A stretch of DNA of 64,000 nt from assembly GCA_016186145.1 (NCBI GenBank), contig JACPMF010000006.1, positions 1,906 to 65,905 on the forward strand, written 5' to 3'. This stretch comes from Candidatus Sungiibacteriota bacterium (lineage in GTDB: Bacteria; Patescibacteriota; Minisyncoccia; Sungbacterales; SURF-37). Positions within the stretch are counted from its first letter, which is position 1, and the number at the start of each line of letters is the position of its first letter. The notes beneath the pieces are model-generated. The model was given only the letters and a program-made list of their open reading frames with translations, had not been told where the DNA came from and made no database searches. Below are positions 1-9,405 of the stretch, in pieces. Both the position numbers and the translations under genes were made by a program.

Positions 1-525
1 TTGTTGCCGGTTTTATTTTCGTTGTTTGCGGCGGGCGCATTTTTTCTTGCCCGTTTTTTTTCAAAATTCTGGCCCCCGCTTCTTCAATTCGCAAAATTCG
101 CCGCAGTCGGCGCGCTGAACTTTGCCATTGATTTCGGAGTCCTCAACGGGCTTATATTTCTCACGGGAATTGCCGCAGGTTCCCAGTTTATTGTTTTTAA
201 AACAATTTCGGTTGTGCTCGCGATAACAAACAGCTACCTATGGAATAAATTCTGGACTTTTCAGGATCGCGAAATAAAAGGCGCGGGAAGGGAGTTTCTG
301 GAATTTCTTATTGTAACCCTTATCGGTATTGGCATTAACGTGGGGGCGGCTCATTTTATGGTGAACATTCTTGGTCCGCAGGGGGGGATTGACCCGAAGG
401 CCTGGGCAAATATCGGCGCCGGAGTCTCGGTGGTCGTTACACTCTTTTGGAACTTCTTCGGCTACAAGTTTTTTGTTTTTAAAAAGGCCGAGGTGTCCGA
501 AGTACAAACACCCAACTGGCATTAA
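1..525 (+). CDS. GtrA-family polysaccharide-synthesis membrane protein (5' partial at window edge)
   Basis: Long ORF with four hydrophobic segments and a GtrA-like sequence (FAKFAAVGALNFAIDFGV...FGYKFFVF). It starts at base 1. Confidence 0.55.
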   Translation: MLPVLFSLFAAGAFFLARFFSKFWPPLLQFAKFAAVGALNFAIDFGVLNGLIFLTGIAAGSQFIVFKTISVVLAITNSYLWNKFWTFQDREIKGAGREFLEFLIVTLIGIGINVGAAHFMVNILGPQGGIDPKAWANIGAGVSVVVTLFWNFFGYKFFVFKKAEVSEVQTPNWH

Positions 526-596
526 ATGAAGGGTTGATGTCTGTATAATTAATAATTTATTATAATAACAGCGACTGTATTTTCATATAATCCAGC

Positions 597-644
597 TCAC
601 TCCATCACTCCCTCATTCGCGCGAATGAGGGAGTGATGGAGTGA
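597..644. promoter_or_regulatory. perfect 48-bp palindrome (24+24 bp) about 40 bp upstream of the ArsR-family gene; candidate operator or hairpin
   Basis: Left arm 597-620 is the exact reverse complement of right arm 621-644. The core is TCATTCGCGCGAATGA. Confidence 0.5.
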
Positions 645-669
645 TGAAAACGTCAAAACGCAAGTAAGC

Positions 670-680
670 GGGGGGGGGGG
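670..680. repeat. G11 homopolymer 3 nt upstream of the ArsR-family start codon
   Basis: Eleven consecutive G directly abut ...cgtATG at 684. Confidence 0.9.
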
Positions 681-683
681 CGT

Positions 684-983
684 ATGGGTATAAAATTTAT
701 GAAACCGCAAAGTGCAAAAATTGATTTAAAAATTGAAAGAGTCCTTAAAAGTCTGGCTAATCGCAGGCGTTTGGCCATTTTAAAATATCTTGCTAAAACG
801 CGTTTTGCAACGGTCAATGATATTGCAGAGGAAATCCACCTCTCACATAAATCAACCTCAAAACATTTAAAAATACTTACCGCAGTTGATATACTTGAAC
901 ATGAGCAAAGCAATAAATATGTCTTCTATCGGGTTGCTGATGATTTGCCGACACTCGTACATCCAATAATAAAGATGCTTTAA
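684..983 (+). CDS. ArsR/SmtB-family HTH transcriptional regulator
   Basis: 99 aa. The stretch RRRLAILKYLAKTRFATVNDIAEEIHLSHKSTSKHLKIL is a typical ArsR winged helix. Confidence 0.8.
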   Translation: MGIKFMKPQSAKIDLKIERVLKSLANRRRLAILKYLAKTRFATVNDIAEEIHLSHKSTSKHLKILTAVDILEHEQSNKYVFYRVADDLPTLVHPIIKML

Positions 984-1039
984 TACTTATTTTACTGCAG
1001 CATTATCTTTATGCAATCTGTATTCAGTATTCATTCGCA

Positions 1040-1059
1040 CATTCGCGCGAATGAGGGAG
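1040..1059. promoter_or_regulatory. second copy of the palindrome core (cattcgcgcgaatgagggag), downstream of arsR and upstream of ORF 1210
   Basis: This 20-mer is identical to 614-633 and contains the 14-bp palindrome CATTCGCGCGAATG. Confidence 0.45.
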
Positions 1060-1209
1060 GAGAAATGAATGGGGAAAAAATGGAAAATGAACGTAGGAAG
1101 AATGAGATTGAAGGGGAGGCTTGCGCTTTTTGTGTAAATATGCAACTAATTACATATAAACACAATCAATACCGCGGCCCTTTAAAATAAACGAAACAGG
1201 AGGATTGCC

Positions 1210-1530
1210 ATGCGGAGGCTAAGAACCGCTTTCCAGATCATAACGGCCATTTTCATCCTACTGATCCCGGCACCACTTGTTTTTGCCGGCCAAACACTGC
1301 TTGCGCGAGAAGAGGTTAGAATTACAGCTGATGGCGGCGTGGAAGCAATCAGGGATGCGCTGGGTAAGGAAATGCCTTCATTGATAGAGCGGATGGAAAA
1401 TCATCAGTGCGCAATTAAGGCCAGGAGTGAAGAACGTATTCTTAAGATTCGCTTTAATGTCATTTTTAAGGAAGTTGTGGATGGTAACCATACGATAGTC
1501 ATGGAAGTGTATAGTGACGAGTGCAGCTAA
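1210..1530 (+). CDS. small secreted hypothetical protein
   Basis: SD-like caggagg lies 7 nt upstream. The N-terminus has a signal peptide (ILLIPAPLVFAG). Confidence 0.55.
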   Translation: MRRLRTAFQIITAIFILLIPAPLVFAGQTLLAREEVRITADGGVEAIRDALGKEMPSLIERMENHQCAIKARSEERILKIRFNVIFKEVVDGNHTIVMEVYSDECS

Positions 1531-1542
1531 AAATTGATTATC

Positions 1543-1564
1543 CCGGCTATGCCGGGGTTTTTAT
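1543..1564 (+). terminator. rho-independent terminator
   Basis: Hairpin CCCGGC-TAT-GCCGGG followed by a T-run. Confidence 0.7.
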
Positions 1565-1599
1565 TGACAAAAAGGTTGCAATTTGATACGCTTGATTTG

Positions 1600-1720
1600 A
1601 TCCTGCGGCAGAGTTGGCATATCAGCGATTGATGTTGCAGGAGTTGTGCCTCGGGGAAGCCACCGAGTCACCCAGCCGGGTCTCACGGCGCCATGGGTTG
1701 GCGCGCTGCGACTCCGGCTC
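1600..1720 (+). ncRNA. ffs: candidate SRP RNA (4.5S/scRNA) upstream of dnaX
   Basis: Contains GTGCC-UCGG-GGAAGCCACCGAG, which resembles the helix-8 consensus guCC-GGAA-GGAAGCAGCC. A T-run follows at 1721-1730. scr-dnaX synteny is known from Bacillus. Confidence 0.4.
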
Positions 1721-1757
1721 TTTTATTTTGTATTTCCTGTGTTAAAGTAATAGCGAT

Positions 1758-2963
1758 ATGAATAATCAAGTGCTTTATCGGAAACATCGCCCGAAAAGTT
1801 TTGAGGAAGTGGTCGGGCAGGGGCATGTTGTTCTCCCGATCACAAATGCCATACGCATGGATAAAATCGCCCACGCGTATTTATTTTCGGGACCCCGTGG
1901 AACCGGAAAAACTACCATTGCCCGGCTCATTGCAAAAGCCGCGAATTGCGCCAATTTGTCCAAAATTTCTGAAGGAAATTTTGTTGACAAATTGAGCGTC
2001 CGCCGACCTGTCCGCCAAAGCTTTAGCGTCGGCGGAAGCCTTGGCGAAGGCGGATTATCCATACCTTGTAACTCATGCGATCCGTGCGTTCAATTCAACG
2101 AAGGGAAATCTTTTGACGTTATTGAGATTGACGCGGCATCAAACACCGGTGTTGATGATATGCGCGAGCTTCGCGAGGCAGTACGGTTCGTGCCGGCCGG
2201 CGGTAATAAAAAAACCTACATTATTGACGAAGTGCATATGCTTTCCAAAGGCGCGTTTAACGCTCTTTTGAAAACGCTTGAGGAGCCGCCGGAGCATGCA
2301 ATCTTTGTTCTTGCCACAACAGAGCTTGAAAAAGTGCCGGCAACGATTGTCTCCCGTACCCAGCATTACGAATTTCGGAGGCCGTCAATGACGGACATAG
2401 TGAGGCGCCTCAAGACCGTTGCCGAACTTGAAAAAGTCGCGCTTGAAAGTCAGGCCGCCCAAACAATTGCTTTTGTGGCGGAAGGTTCTTTGCGGGATGC
2501 CGAAAGCATTCTTGGAAAAATTCTTGCGGTGGAAAACAAGAAGATTACCGAGGAGGAAATTAACGAAACTCTCGGAATTCCGCGGCGGATTCTGCTTCGT
2601 GAAATGGTTACGGCGGCCGCCGCGAAAGACCGGAAACGGCTGCTTGAGTTGGCGAGCGAACTTACCGCCGGCGGTTATGATTACTCTTACGCCGTAAAAA
2701 TGCTTATTCAATATTTCCGAAACATGCTGTTGCTGAAAATAGATCCATCGTTTGTCGAACTCGCTCGGCAAGAAATGCCCGAAGAAGATATCGCATTTAT
2801 TCGGGAACAAGGCGGGCGTTTTTCGGATCTGCGAGTTAAAAACGCGCTTGCTTCGCTTATTGACGCTATGGCGAACTTTAAAAAATCCCCAATCCCGCAA
2901 CTTCCCCTTGAACTTGCGCTTCTTGAGATTGTTGAAGAGGGCAAGGGCAACGAACAGCCATGA
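1758..2963 (+). CDS. dnaX: DNA polymerase III subunit gamma/tau
   Basis: Walker A GPRGTGKTT, DEVHML and the clamp-loader sensor region are present. A ~35 aa insert sits in the Zn module. Confidence 0.9.
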   Translation: MNNQVLYRKHRPKSFEEVVGQGHVVLPITNAIRMDKIAHAYLFSGPRGTGKTTIARLIAKAANCANLSKISEGNFVDKLSVRRPVRQSFSVGGSLGEGGLSIPCNSCDPCVQFNEGKSFDVIEIDAASNTGVDDMRELREAVRFVPAGGNKKTYIIDEVHMLSKGAFNALLKTLEEPPEHAIFVLATTELEKVPATIVSRTQHYEFRRPSMTDIVRRLKTVAELEKVALESQAAQTIAFVAEGSLRDAESILGKILAVENKKITEEEINETLGIPRRILLREMVTAAAAKDRKRLLELASELTAGGYDYSYAVKMLIQYFRNMLLLKIDPSFVELARQEMPEEDIAFIREQGGRFSDLRVKNALASLIDAMANFKKSPIPQLPLELALLEIVEEGKGNEQP

Positions 2964-3448
2964 AGTTATATCTGATACGCCATGGAGAAAGCGAGTCAAA
3001 CGCCTCCGGATATTATTTGGGGAAGGACTCCAAGCTTTCAATCGCAGGCCGCACGCAAGCGCGCAAACTTGCGCGGCGATTTGTTAAAATCCCCATTAAT
3101 CTTGTTGTAGCGAGTGATTATCGGCGGGCAATCAGCACCGCCGAGATTATCGGGAGGGTAAAAAAGAAAAAAGTTGTCATTATTCCTTTTCTTGGCGAAG
3201 AAAGATACCCGACGGAATTTGAGCGAAAGCACACCAATGACCCTGAAGTTGCGCGAATGCGGCGGATTTTACGGAAGAATAGAAACAAAAAGGGATGGCA
3301 TTATTCCGACGAAGAAAATTTCTTTGATTTGAAACTGCGGATACAGAAATTTTTAAAGGTTTTAGGCCGGCGGAAGGAAAAAAGTATTCTTGCGGTGGGG
3401 CACGGCATATCTAATCGGATGATTGTCGGACTTATGCTGTTTGGGTGA
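2960..3448 (+). CDS. histidine phosphatase (phosphoglycerate-mutase-like) family protein
   Basis: RHGESESN catalytic motif at the N-terminus. The start ATG overlaps the dnaX stop codon (ATGA). Confidence 0.75.
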   Translation: MKLYLIRHGESESNASGYYLGKDSKLSIAGRTQARKLARRFVKIPINLVVASDYRRAISTAEIIGRVKKKKVVIIPFLGEERYPTEFERKHTNDPEVARMRRILRKNRNKKGWHYSDEENFFDLKLRIQKFLKVLGRRKEKSILAVGHGISNRMIVGLMLFG

Positions 3449-3588
3449 AAGCTCACGCGGACATATTCCAAAGACTCCGTCGCGGGCTTTTAACCAGAAA
3501 TACCGGTATTACGATGTGCGAGTTTGAAGACGGCCAATGGCGCATTCATACATGGAATGACCACGCGCATCTCGGATAAATCGATAAT

Positions 3589-3659
3589 TGGGGGATCGTC
3601 TAATGGTAGGACACTGCCCTTTGAAGGCAGGTATCGGGGTTCGAGTCCCTGTCCCCCAG
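3589..3659 (+). tRNA. tRNA-Gln (anticodon UUG)
   Basis: Full cloverleaf drawn by hand. Acceptor TGGGGGA/TCCCCCA, anticodon loop CTTTGAA, T-loop TTCGAGT. CCA is not encoded. Confidence 0.8.
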
Positions 3660-3730
3660 GATTAGAGGGAAGTATCGAGTGACCAGGACGGGTCGTAAAA
3701 GACCCCCCCTATGGCTGATGCTTTCCTTAG

Positions 3731-3803
3731 CTCGTCACCATCACGTCATACCGGCTGAGTGCCGTATCCAAAACGAAAGATCGCCTCCCAAGGCGGTTTT
3801 TCG
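3731..3803 (+). repeat. R1 repeat copy A (ctcgtcacca..gtcataccggctgagtgccgtat.caaaacgaaa plus terminator hairpin)
   Basis: Near-identical to 14911-14987. The hairpin CGCCT-CCCA-AGGCG is followed by a T-run. Confidence 0.8.
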
Positions 3804-3871
3804 TTAGAAATACCTTTAGTATACATATGTATACTTGACTTTTCTATTATAATAGATTATACTGCTTATAT

Positions 3872-6367
3872 ATGGCAATCAATAAAGCAGAATTTATTAC
3901 TGTGGCTGAAATGGCCAAAATGCTTGGGGTTACCCGAGCGGCAATAAACAAGCAAATTTCAGAGAAAAAGATCCCTGCTGAGAAGGTCGGGCGTAATTAC
4001 CTAATCCCCAAAACGGCCCTTCCGGCTGGGCTTGAGGAGCGTATTCGGACTGAGCAAAAGAAAGCCACCGATACGGTTATCAAGAAAAGCCATCATCACG
4101 ATCTCGATTTTGAGAAAGAACTGTGGGCGGCGGCAGACAAGCTTCGCGGCAATATTGATGTCTCCGAATACAAAAACATAGTCCTCGGACTCCTCTTCTT
4201 AAAATATATCTCTGACGCTTTTTACAAACGACGTGAAGAACTCGCGGGTTTTACTCGTGATTCGAAGAATGAGGATTTTTATGTGAAAGACGATAAGGCT
4301 CGCGCCCAAGTTCTTGAGACCAAAGATTTCTATAAGAGTGTTGGTGTGTTCTATGTACCAGAGAAATCTCGCTGGGAATATTTGCAGACAAAGACGATGC
4401 AGTCCGATATCGGGCAAGCGCTCGATAAGGCAATGGATCTTATCGAAGAGGACAACCGCGCCGAGCTTGAGGGGGTTCTCCCTAAAATTTATACTCGCAC
4501 AACCTTGGATCATGCTGTAATTGGCGAACTCGTAAATATATTTTCTCGCATTTCATTCAATCACGACTTTGACAGGGAGAAAGACATACTCGGCCGCATT
4601 TACGAATATTTCCTTGGTCAATTTGCTTCTTCTGAAGGCAAGCGTGGTGGTGAATTTTTTACTGCACGATCGATTGTTAATTTACTGGTAGAGATTCTTG
4701 AGCCATATGAAAATGCGCGGGTTCTTGATCCGGCCTGCGGAAGCGGCGGCATGTTTGTTTCTATGGGTGAATATCTGCGAAAACACGGGCAAGATCCATC
4801 GAAGCTTGCTGTCAATGGCCAAGAGAGTAACCAAACAACACTTCGTCTTGCAAAAATGAATCTCGCGATCCGTGGACTCTCTGGGAAAATTGAGCTTGGG
4901 AATAGTTATTACCAAGACAAGTTTCCCCACCTGCAAGCCGACTTCGTAATCGCCAATCCTCCGTTTAATGCAGAATGGGAACCGTCAAAACTTGCCGACA
5001 ACGATCCTCGCATGACACTAGGAGCCCCCCCAGGCAGTAACGCCAACTTTATGTGGATTCAACACTTCGCGCACCATTTAGCGCCAAATGGTCAGGCTGG
5101 GTTCGTTATGCCAAATGGAGCACTGGCAGTTTCTGGTAGAGAGGGTGATCTTCGTCAGAAATTGATCGAAGCGGATCTTGTCGACGCAATAATCACCTGC
5201 CCTTCAAAGCTTTTCTATAACGTCACTCTTCCAGTATCTCTCTGGTTCCTTTCGAAAAATAAATCCGGAGACCGTTTCCGTAGTCGCTCTGGCGAGATCC
5301 TATTTGTGGACGCTAGGGATACATTCGAGCAAATTTCTCGTAAGCAAGTTGTTTTCAACCCTACGCAAATCCAGAAAATTGCAAACACTGTTCGAGCATG
5401 GCGCGGAGAAAAGAGGTATGGCGAATACAAGGATGTCCCGGGTTTTTGTAAATCTGTTGATGTTAATAGAGTAAAAAAGAATCACTATATCTTGAGTCCA
5501 GAAAAATATGTTGATTCCGTTGTGATCCAGGGAGATGGGATATCATTCAAAAATGATCTTGAAAATACATCCAAGTTTTTAAAACAGCAGACAATAAAAT
5601 ATAAAGAGTTCGATCATAAAATATCCACCAGTCTAAATGAATTTTACCCGAGCTCTGATTGGAATAATATAAACTATTCATCGACAAGTGTTTTAGAAAG
5701 CCTAGCTTCTAAAATATTTGACGAGTGGTTTAATCGTTACCATATTCCTGGACGTAAAAAACTGAAGTTGGTTGAGCAGGATGATAAATTAATTCCGGAA
5801 GAATGGGGCGTAAAAAAGTTGGACGAAGTGGTGGATATTTCTATTGGACGAACTCCACCGAGGGAGCAGTATGAGTGGTTTTCTAGAAATGCAGAGGATA
5901 TAAAATGGATCTCCATAAAAGATCTCGGCACCAGTGGTGCATTTATACTTGACACCGAAGAGCGTCTAACAAGAGCAGCGGTTCAAAAATTTAATATTTC
6001 AATTATTCCAAAAAATACCGTTATCGTTAGTTTTAAACTCACGGTGGGACGTGTTGCGATTACGACGGAGAACATGTTGTCGAATGAGGCTATAGCGCAC
6101 CTGAAAACAAAAAAACAGCCACACATTCCATTCCAGTACCTCTATTTACTCATGAAAAAATATAATTATGCCTCTCTCGCTAGTACTTCTTCCATTGCAA
6201 ACGCCGTAAACTCAAAGACTATAAAAAATATTGAGATCGCAATTCCTGACCCTCAAACCCTGAGTCTTTTCGAGAAGATCATGACGCCTATCTTTGAAAA
6301 GATTTACGCGCTGCAGACAGAAGAAAGGGAGTTAAAAAAACTGAGGAATCAGCTATCGGTCAACTAA
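3872..6367 (+). CDS. hsdM: type I RM methyltransferase fused to a single-TRD specificity subunit, with an N-terminal HTH
   Basis: Excisionase-like HTH (AEMAKMLGVTRAAINKQI). HsdM N-domain, motif I LDPACGSGGMF and motif IV NPPFN. The C-terminal ~230 aa is an HsdS target-recognition domain. Confidence 0.85.
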   Translation: MAINKAEFITVAEMAKMLGVTRAAINKQISEKKIPAEKVGRNYLIPKTALPAGLEERIRTEQKKATDTVIKKSHHHDLDFEKELWAAADKLRGNIDVSEYKNIVLGLLFLKYISDAFYKRREELAGFTRDSKNEDFYVKDDKARAQVLETKDFYKSVGVFYVPEKSRWEYLQTKTMQSDIGQALDKAMDLIEEDNRAELEGVLPKIYTRTTLDHAVIGELVNIFSRISFNHDFDREKDILGRIYEYFLGQFASSEGKRGGEFFTARSIVNLLVEILEPYENARVLDPACGSGGMFVSMGEYLRKHGQDPSKLAVNGQESNQTTLRLAKMNLAIRGLSGKIELGNSYYQDKFPHLQADFVIANPPFNAEWEPSKLADNDPRMTLGAPPGSNANFMWIQHFAHHLAPNGQAGFVMPNGALAVSGREGDLRQKLIEADLVDAIITCPSKLFYNVTLPVSLWFLSKNKSGDRFRSRSGEILFVDARDTFEQISRKQVVFNPTQIQKIANTVRAWRGEKRYGEYKDVPGFCKSVDVNRVKKNHYILSPEKYVDSVVIQGDGISFKNDLENTSKFLKQQTIKYKEFDHKISTSLNEFYPSSDWNNINYSSTSVLESLASKIFDEWFNRYHIPGRKKLKLVEQDDKLIPEEWGVKKLDEVVDISIGRTPPREQYEWFSRNAEDIKWISIKDLGTSGAFILDTEERLTRAAVQKFNISIIPKNTVIVSFKLTVGRVAITTENMLSNEAIAHLKTKKQPHIPFQYLYLLMKKYNYASLASTSSIANAVNSKTIKNIEIAIPDPQTLSLFEKIMTPIFEKIYALQTEERELKKLRNQLSVN

Positions 6368-6371
6368 AATC

Positions 6372-9300
6372 ATGAACCCACTCAACGAAAATAATCTAAC
6401 AGAGCAATCACTCATTGAATGGCTTCAAGCTCAGGGTTATGAGTATGTTTATGGTCCAGCAATTGCTCCGGGACAACCTAGCGCAGAGCGTGAGGATTTT
6501 CGTGGTGTTGTACTTAAAAATCGTTTGCTTTCTGGTGTCCGTCGTTTCAATCCCCAGCTTCCAGCTGAACAAGCAGAACAAGTCGTGGATGATATCGCCG
6601 GATATCATAATGCTGACCTCGTTCTTGGCAACAAAGAAATGTTCACCCTCCTTACCGAGGGGGCGAAGAAGACGTGGCGAGAAAAGGGTGAGGAAAAGAC
6701 CGAAGTCGTGAAGTTGATTGACTTCACAAATGTGGACGCGAACGAATTCTTGATCGTCAACCAGTTTACAATCCAGGGTATCGAGAACGTTTGCCGCCTC
6801 GATGGCGTTGTTTTTGTAAACGGTCTTCCTCTTGGAGTCCTTGAACTCAAGAGTCCCGTACGTGAGGAAGCGACGATCGGTCAGGCGTACCGCGACATAG
6901 AATATTACAAAAGGGAAATACCGAGAATCTTCTTCTATAACCAAGTCCTTTGCTTATCTGACCTTACAGAAGCACGTCATGGAACGATATCTTCATCATG
7001 GGAGCGATATAGCGCGTGGAAAGGAATTGAATCAGAAACGGATGCACCTAAAGGAGCGGCGGAGCTTGAGGTTCTTGCTAGGGGTCTTTTTAACAAGGCG
7101 CGGCTTCTCGATGTAATTCAGAACTTTACGGTTTTTGAGGCCGACGGAGATGGTGACGCGGTGACGTACACAAAAAAATCTGCTTTGTACCATCAGTACT
7201 ACGGCGTAAATAAGACGATTCAAAGCACTGTGCATTCAGTGCTTGGAGAGCGGGAAAGAAAAATTGGTGTTTTCTGGCACACGCAGGGTTCGGGTAAGTC
7301 ACTCTCAATGGTTTTCTATGTGAATAAAACAAAGAGCATATCAGAGCTTAAAAGTCCCGCTTATGTATTTCTTAATGACCGCGAGGATCTCGACGACGCG
7401 CTATTTAAAACATTTAGTCGTACTGGGTATGGCACGCTCGCAAAACGCGCTTCGAGCATAAAAGATTTGAAAGATCGACTTTCCCACTTGGGAAGTGAAC
7501 TGATATTTACAACCATTCAGAAATTCCAAGAAGATCCTGACGCGAACGCCGTTCTCTCGGAAAGAGAAAATATTATTGTGCTTACTGATGAAGCACACCG
7601 CACGCAATACAGCATGCTTGCGGGTAATGTGCGACAGGCATTACCAAACGCGAGCTTTTTGGGCGTGACCGGAACTCCAATTTCACGGCATAATCGCAAC
7701 ACCATGCGTGTTTTTGGTGATGTAATAAGCGCATATAAGATTGGCCAGGCAGTAAAAGATAAAGCAACCGTCCCTATTTACTACGAGGGCCGTCTTGTTC
7801 CTCTCCATCTGGCTGATCAATTTGTTGATAGCAAACTCGACGAAATTCTTGGAGAAATTATCGTCGATGAAAAAGCAAAAGCCCGTAAAGAATGGGCCGT
7901 CCTTGAGGAGGTTGTAGGCGCGCCAAGCCGTATTGATCAAATATCAAAAGATATCGTTACTCATTTCAATAACCGTCCCATCGAGGGCAAAGCAATGGTA
8001 GTTACAATGAGTCGTCCTATCGCCGTCGCTATGTATCAAGCAATCAAAAAGATTTCCGGTACTCCAGAGTGCGCAGTGGTAATTTCCAAAATGGAGGACT
8101 TCCCGGGACAAATTCAAACTGAGCACGATGTGAAAAAACTCGAGAAGCGGTTTAAAAAGACGAATGACCCACTTCGTTTGGTTGTCGTCTGCGATATGTG
8201 GCTTACCGGATTTGATGTGCCGAGCATGCACACAATGTATCTCGATAAACCCCTTAAGAACCATGGGCTCATGCAAGCCATTGCTCGCGTGAACCGCGTC
8301 TACAAAGATAAGCCGGGTGGTTTAATTGTGGACTATATCGGTATTGCCGAACACTTAAAGAAAGCCTTGGCTATTTATGACTCTGATGTCCAAAAGGAAG
8401 CAATGATTCCTCTCGATGAAGTAATTAGTGAGATGAGAAAATTGCACGGAGAAATTTCTCGCTACTTTACGAATATCGACTTTTCTGGTTGGAGACAAAA
8501 GAAAGGCGTTGAACTGGTCAATCTCTTCCAGTCGGCAATGAATGAAGTTATCTCAGAGAATGGCCGGCTTTCTGATGATCGAAAAATGGCTTATATGGGT
8601 GGAGTTTCCAAACTTTCCCAGCTCCATGCCCTCGTCATGCCCGCAGAGGCGGCGATGAAGATTATAACCGATGTTCAATTCTTCCAGTCAATCCGCGAAG
8701 CAATCAACAAACAGACAGTGGTGCCGCATATTATCTTTCCCGAAGCAAAAGAGAGTGCCATCCGCAGCCTTATACAAGACGCGGTGCAAGCAGAAGGCGT
8801 AATTGACCTATTTACCAAAGAAGGCGAAGAGAAAAAAAGCATCTCCATCTTTGATAGTCGATTCGCAGAAGAAATAAAGAAGGTTAAATACCAAAATCTT
8901 GCCATTGATACGGTTCGCAAAATGCTTGATCAAGAAATAAAGGTACGCTCTCGTACAAACAAGGCGCGCTATGAAACGATGCTTACGCTTTTAACCGAAC
9001 TAATTGAGAAATACGAGAATAATGTTATTAGTTCGGCAGAGATCATTAAGCATCTACTCGAGATTGCCGACGAGATAAAGAAACTGGACGAAGAGAGCGA
9101 GGAACTCGGACTTTCCGAAGAGGAGATCGTCTTTTATGACACTCTTGCAGCCGATCCAGATCTCAAAGAAGCAGGGATTGATATCAAAGAATTCGTAAAG
9201 GAACTTACAAAACGTATTCGGCGCGACTTGGCTATTGATTGGACCAATAACGAAACTATCAAAGCGCGCATTCGCCAAAATGTTCGGTTGCTTTTGCTCC

Positions 9301-9401
9301 AGAAGGGCTTCGTCGAGCAGATGCAAACAGAACGACTAATAGAGTCGATATATCAGGAGACGGTGAGGGTGTACCGGGAATACTTACCAGTACCAGCGTA
9401 A
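6372..9401 (+). CDS. hsdR: type I restriction enzyme R subunit
   Basis: Walker A TQGSGKS and DEAH box LTDEAH. Length 1009 aa. Starts 5 nt after hsdM-S. Confidence 0.9.
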   Translation: MNPLNENNLTEQSLIEWLQAQGYEYVYGPAIAPGQPSAEREDFRGVVLKNRLLSGVRRFNPQLPAEQAEQVVDDIAGYHNADLVLGNKEMFTLLTEGAKKTWREKGEEKTEVVKLIDFTNVDANEFLIVNQFTIQGIENVCRLDGVVFVNGLPLGVLELKSPVREEATIGQAYRDIEYYKREIPRIFFYNQVLCLSDLTEARHGTISSSWERYSAWKGIESETDAPKGAAELEVLARGLFNKARLLDVIQNFTVFEADGDGDAVTYTKKSALYHQYYGVNKTIQSTVHSVLGERERKIGVFWHTQGSGKSLSMVFYVNKTKSISELKSPAYVFLNDREDLDDALFKTFSRTGYGTLAKRASSIKDLKDRLSHLGSELIFTTIQKFQEDPDANAVLSERENIIVLTDEAHRTQYSMLAGNVRQALPNASFLGVTGTPISRHNRNTMRVFGDVISAYKIGQAVKDKATVPIYYEGRLVPLHLADQFVDSKLDEILGEIIVDEKAKARKEWAVLEEVVGAPSRIDQISKDIVTHFNNRPIEGKAMVVTMSRPIAVAMYQAIKKISGTPECAVVISKMEDFPGQIQTEHDVKKLEKRFKKTNDPLRLVVVCDMWLTGFDVPSMHTMYLDKPLKNHGLMQAIARVNRVYKDKPGGLIVDYIGIAEHLKKALAIYDSDVQKEAMIPLDEVISEMRKLHGEISRYFTNIDFSGWRQKKGVELVNLFQSAMNEVISENGRLSDDRKMAYMGGVSKLSQLHALVMPAEAAMKIITDVQFFQSIREAINKQTVVPHIIFPEAKESAIRSLIQDAVQAEGVIDLFTKEGEEKKSISIFDSRFAEEIKKVKYQNLAIDTVRKMLDQEIKVRSRTNKARYETMLTLLTELIEKYENNVISSAEIIKHLLEIADEIKKLDEESEELGLSEEEIVFYDTLAADPDLKEAGIDIKEFVKELTKRIRRDLAIDWTNNETIKARIRQNVRLLLLQKGFVEQMQTERLIESIYQETVRVYREYLPVPA

Positions 9402-9405
9402 TTTT

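Noticed and set aside
238-8276. Numerous antisense or overlapping ORFs in the six-frame track (for example 238-522 -, 2385-3041 -, 4199-4513 -, 6408-6944 -, 7944-8276 -)
   Set aside because: They lie wholly inside well-supported genes on the opposite strand or in another frame. They have no motifs and low-complexity composition, so I read them as shadow ORFs.
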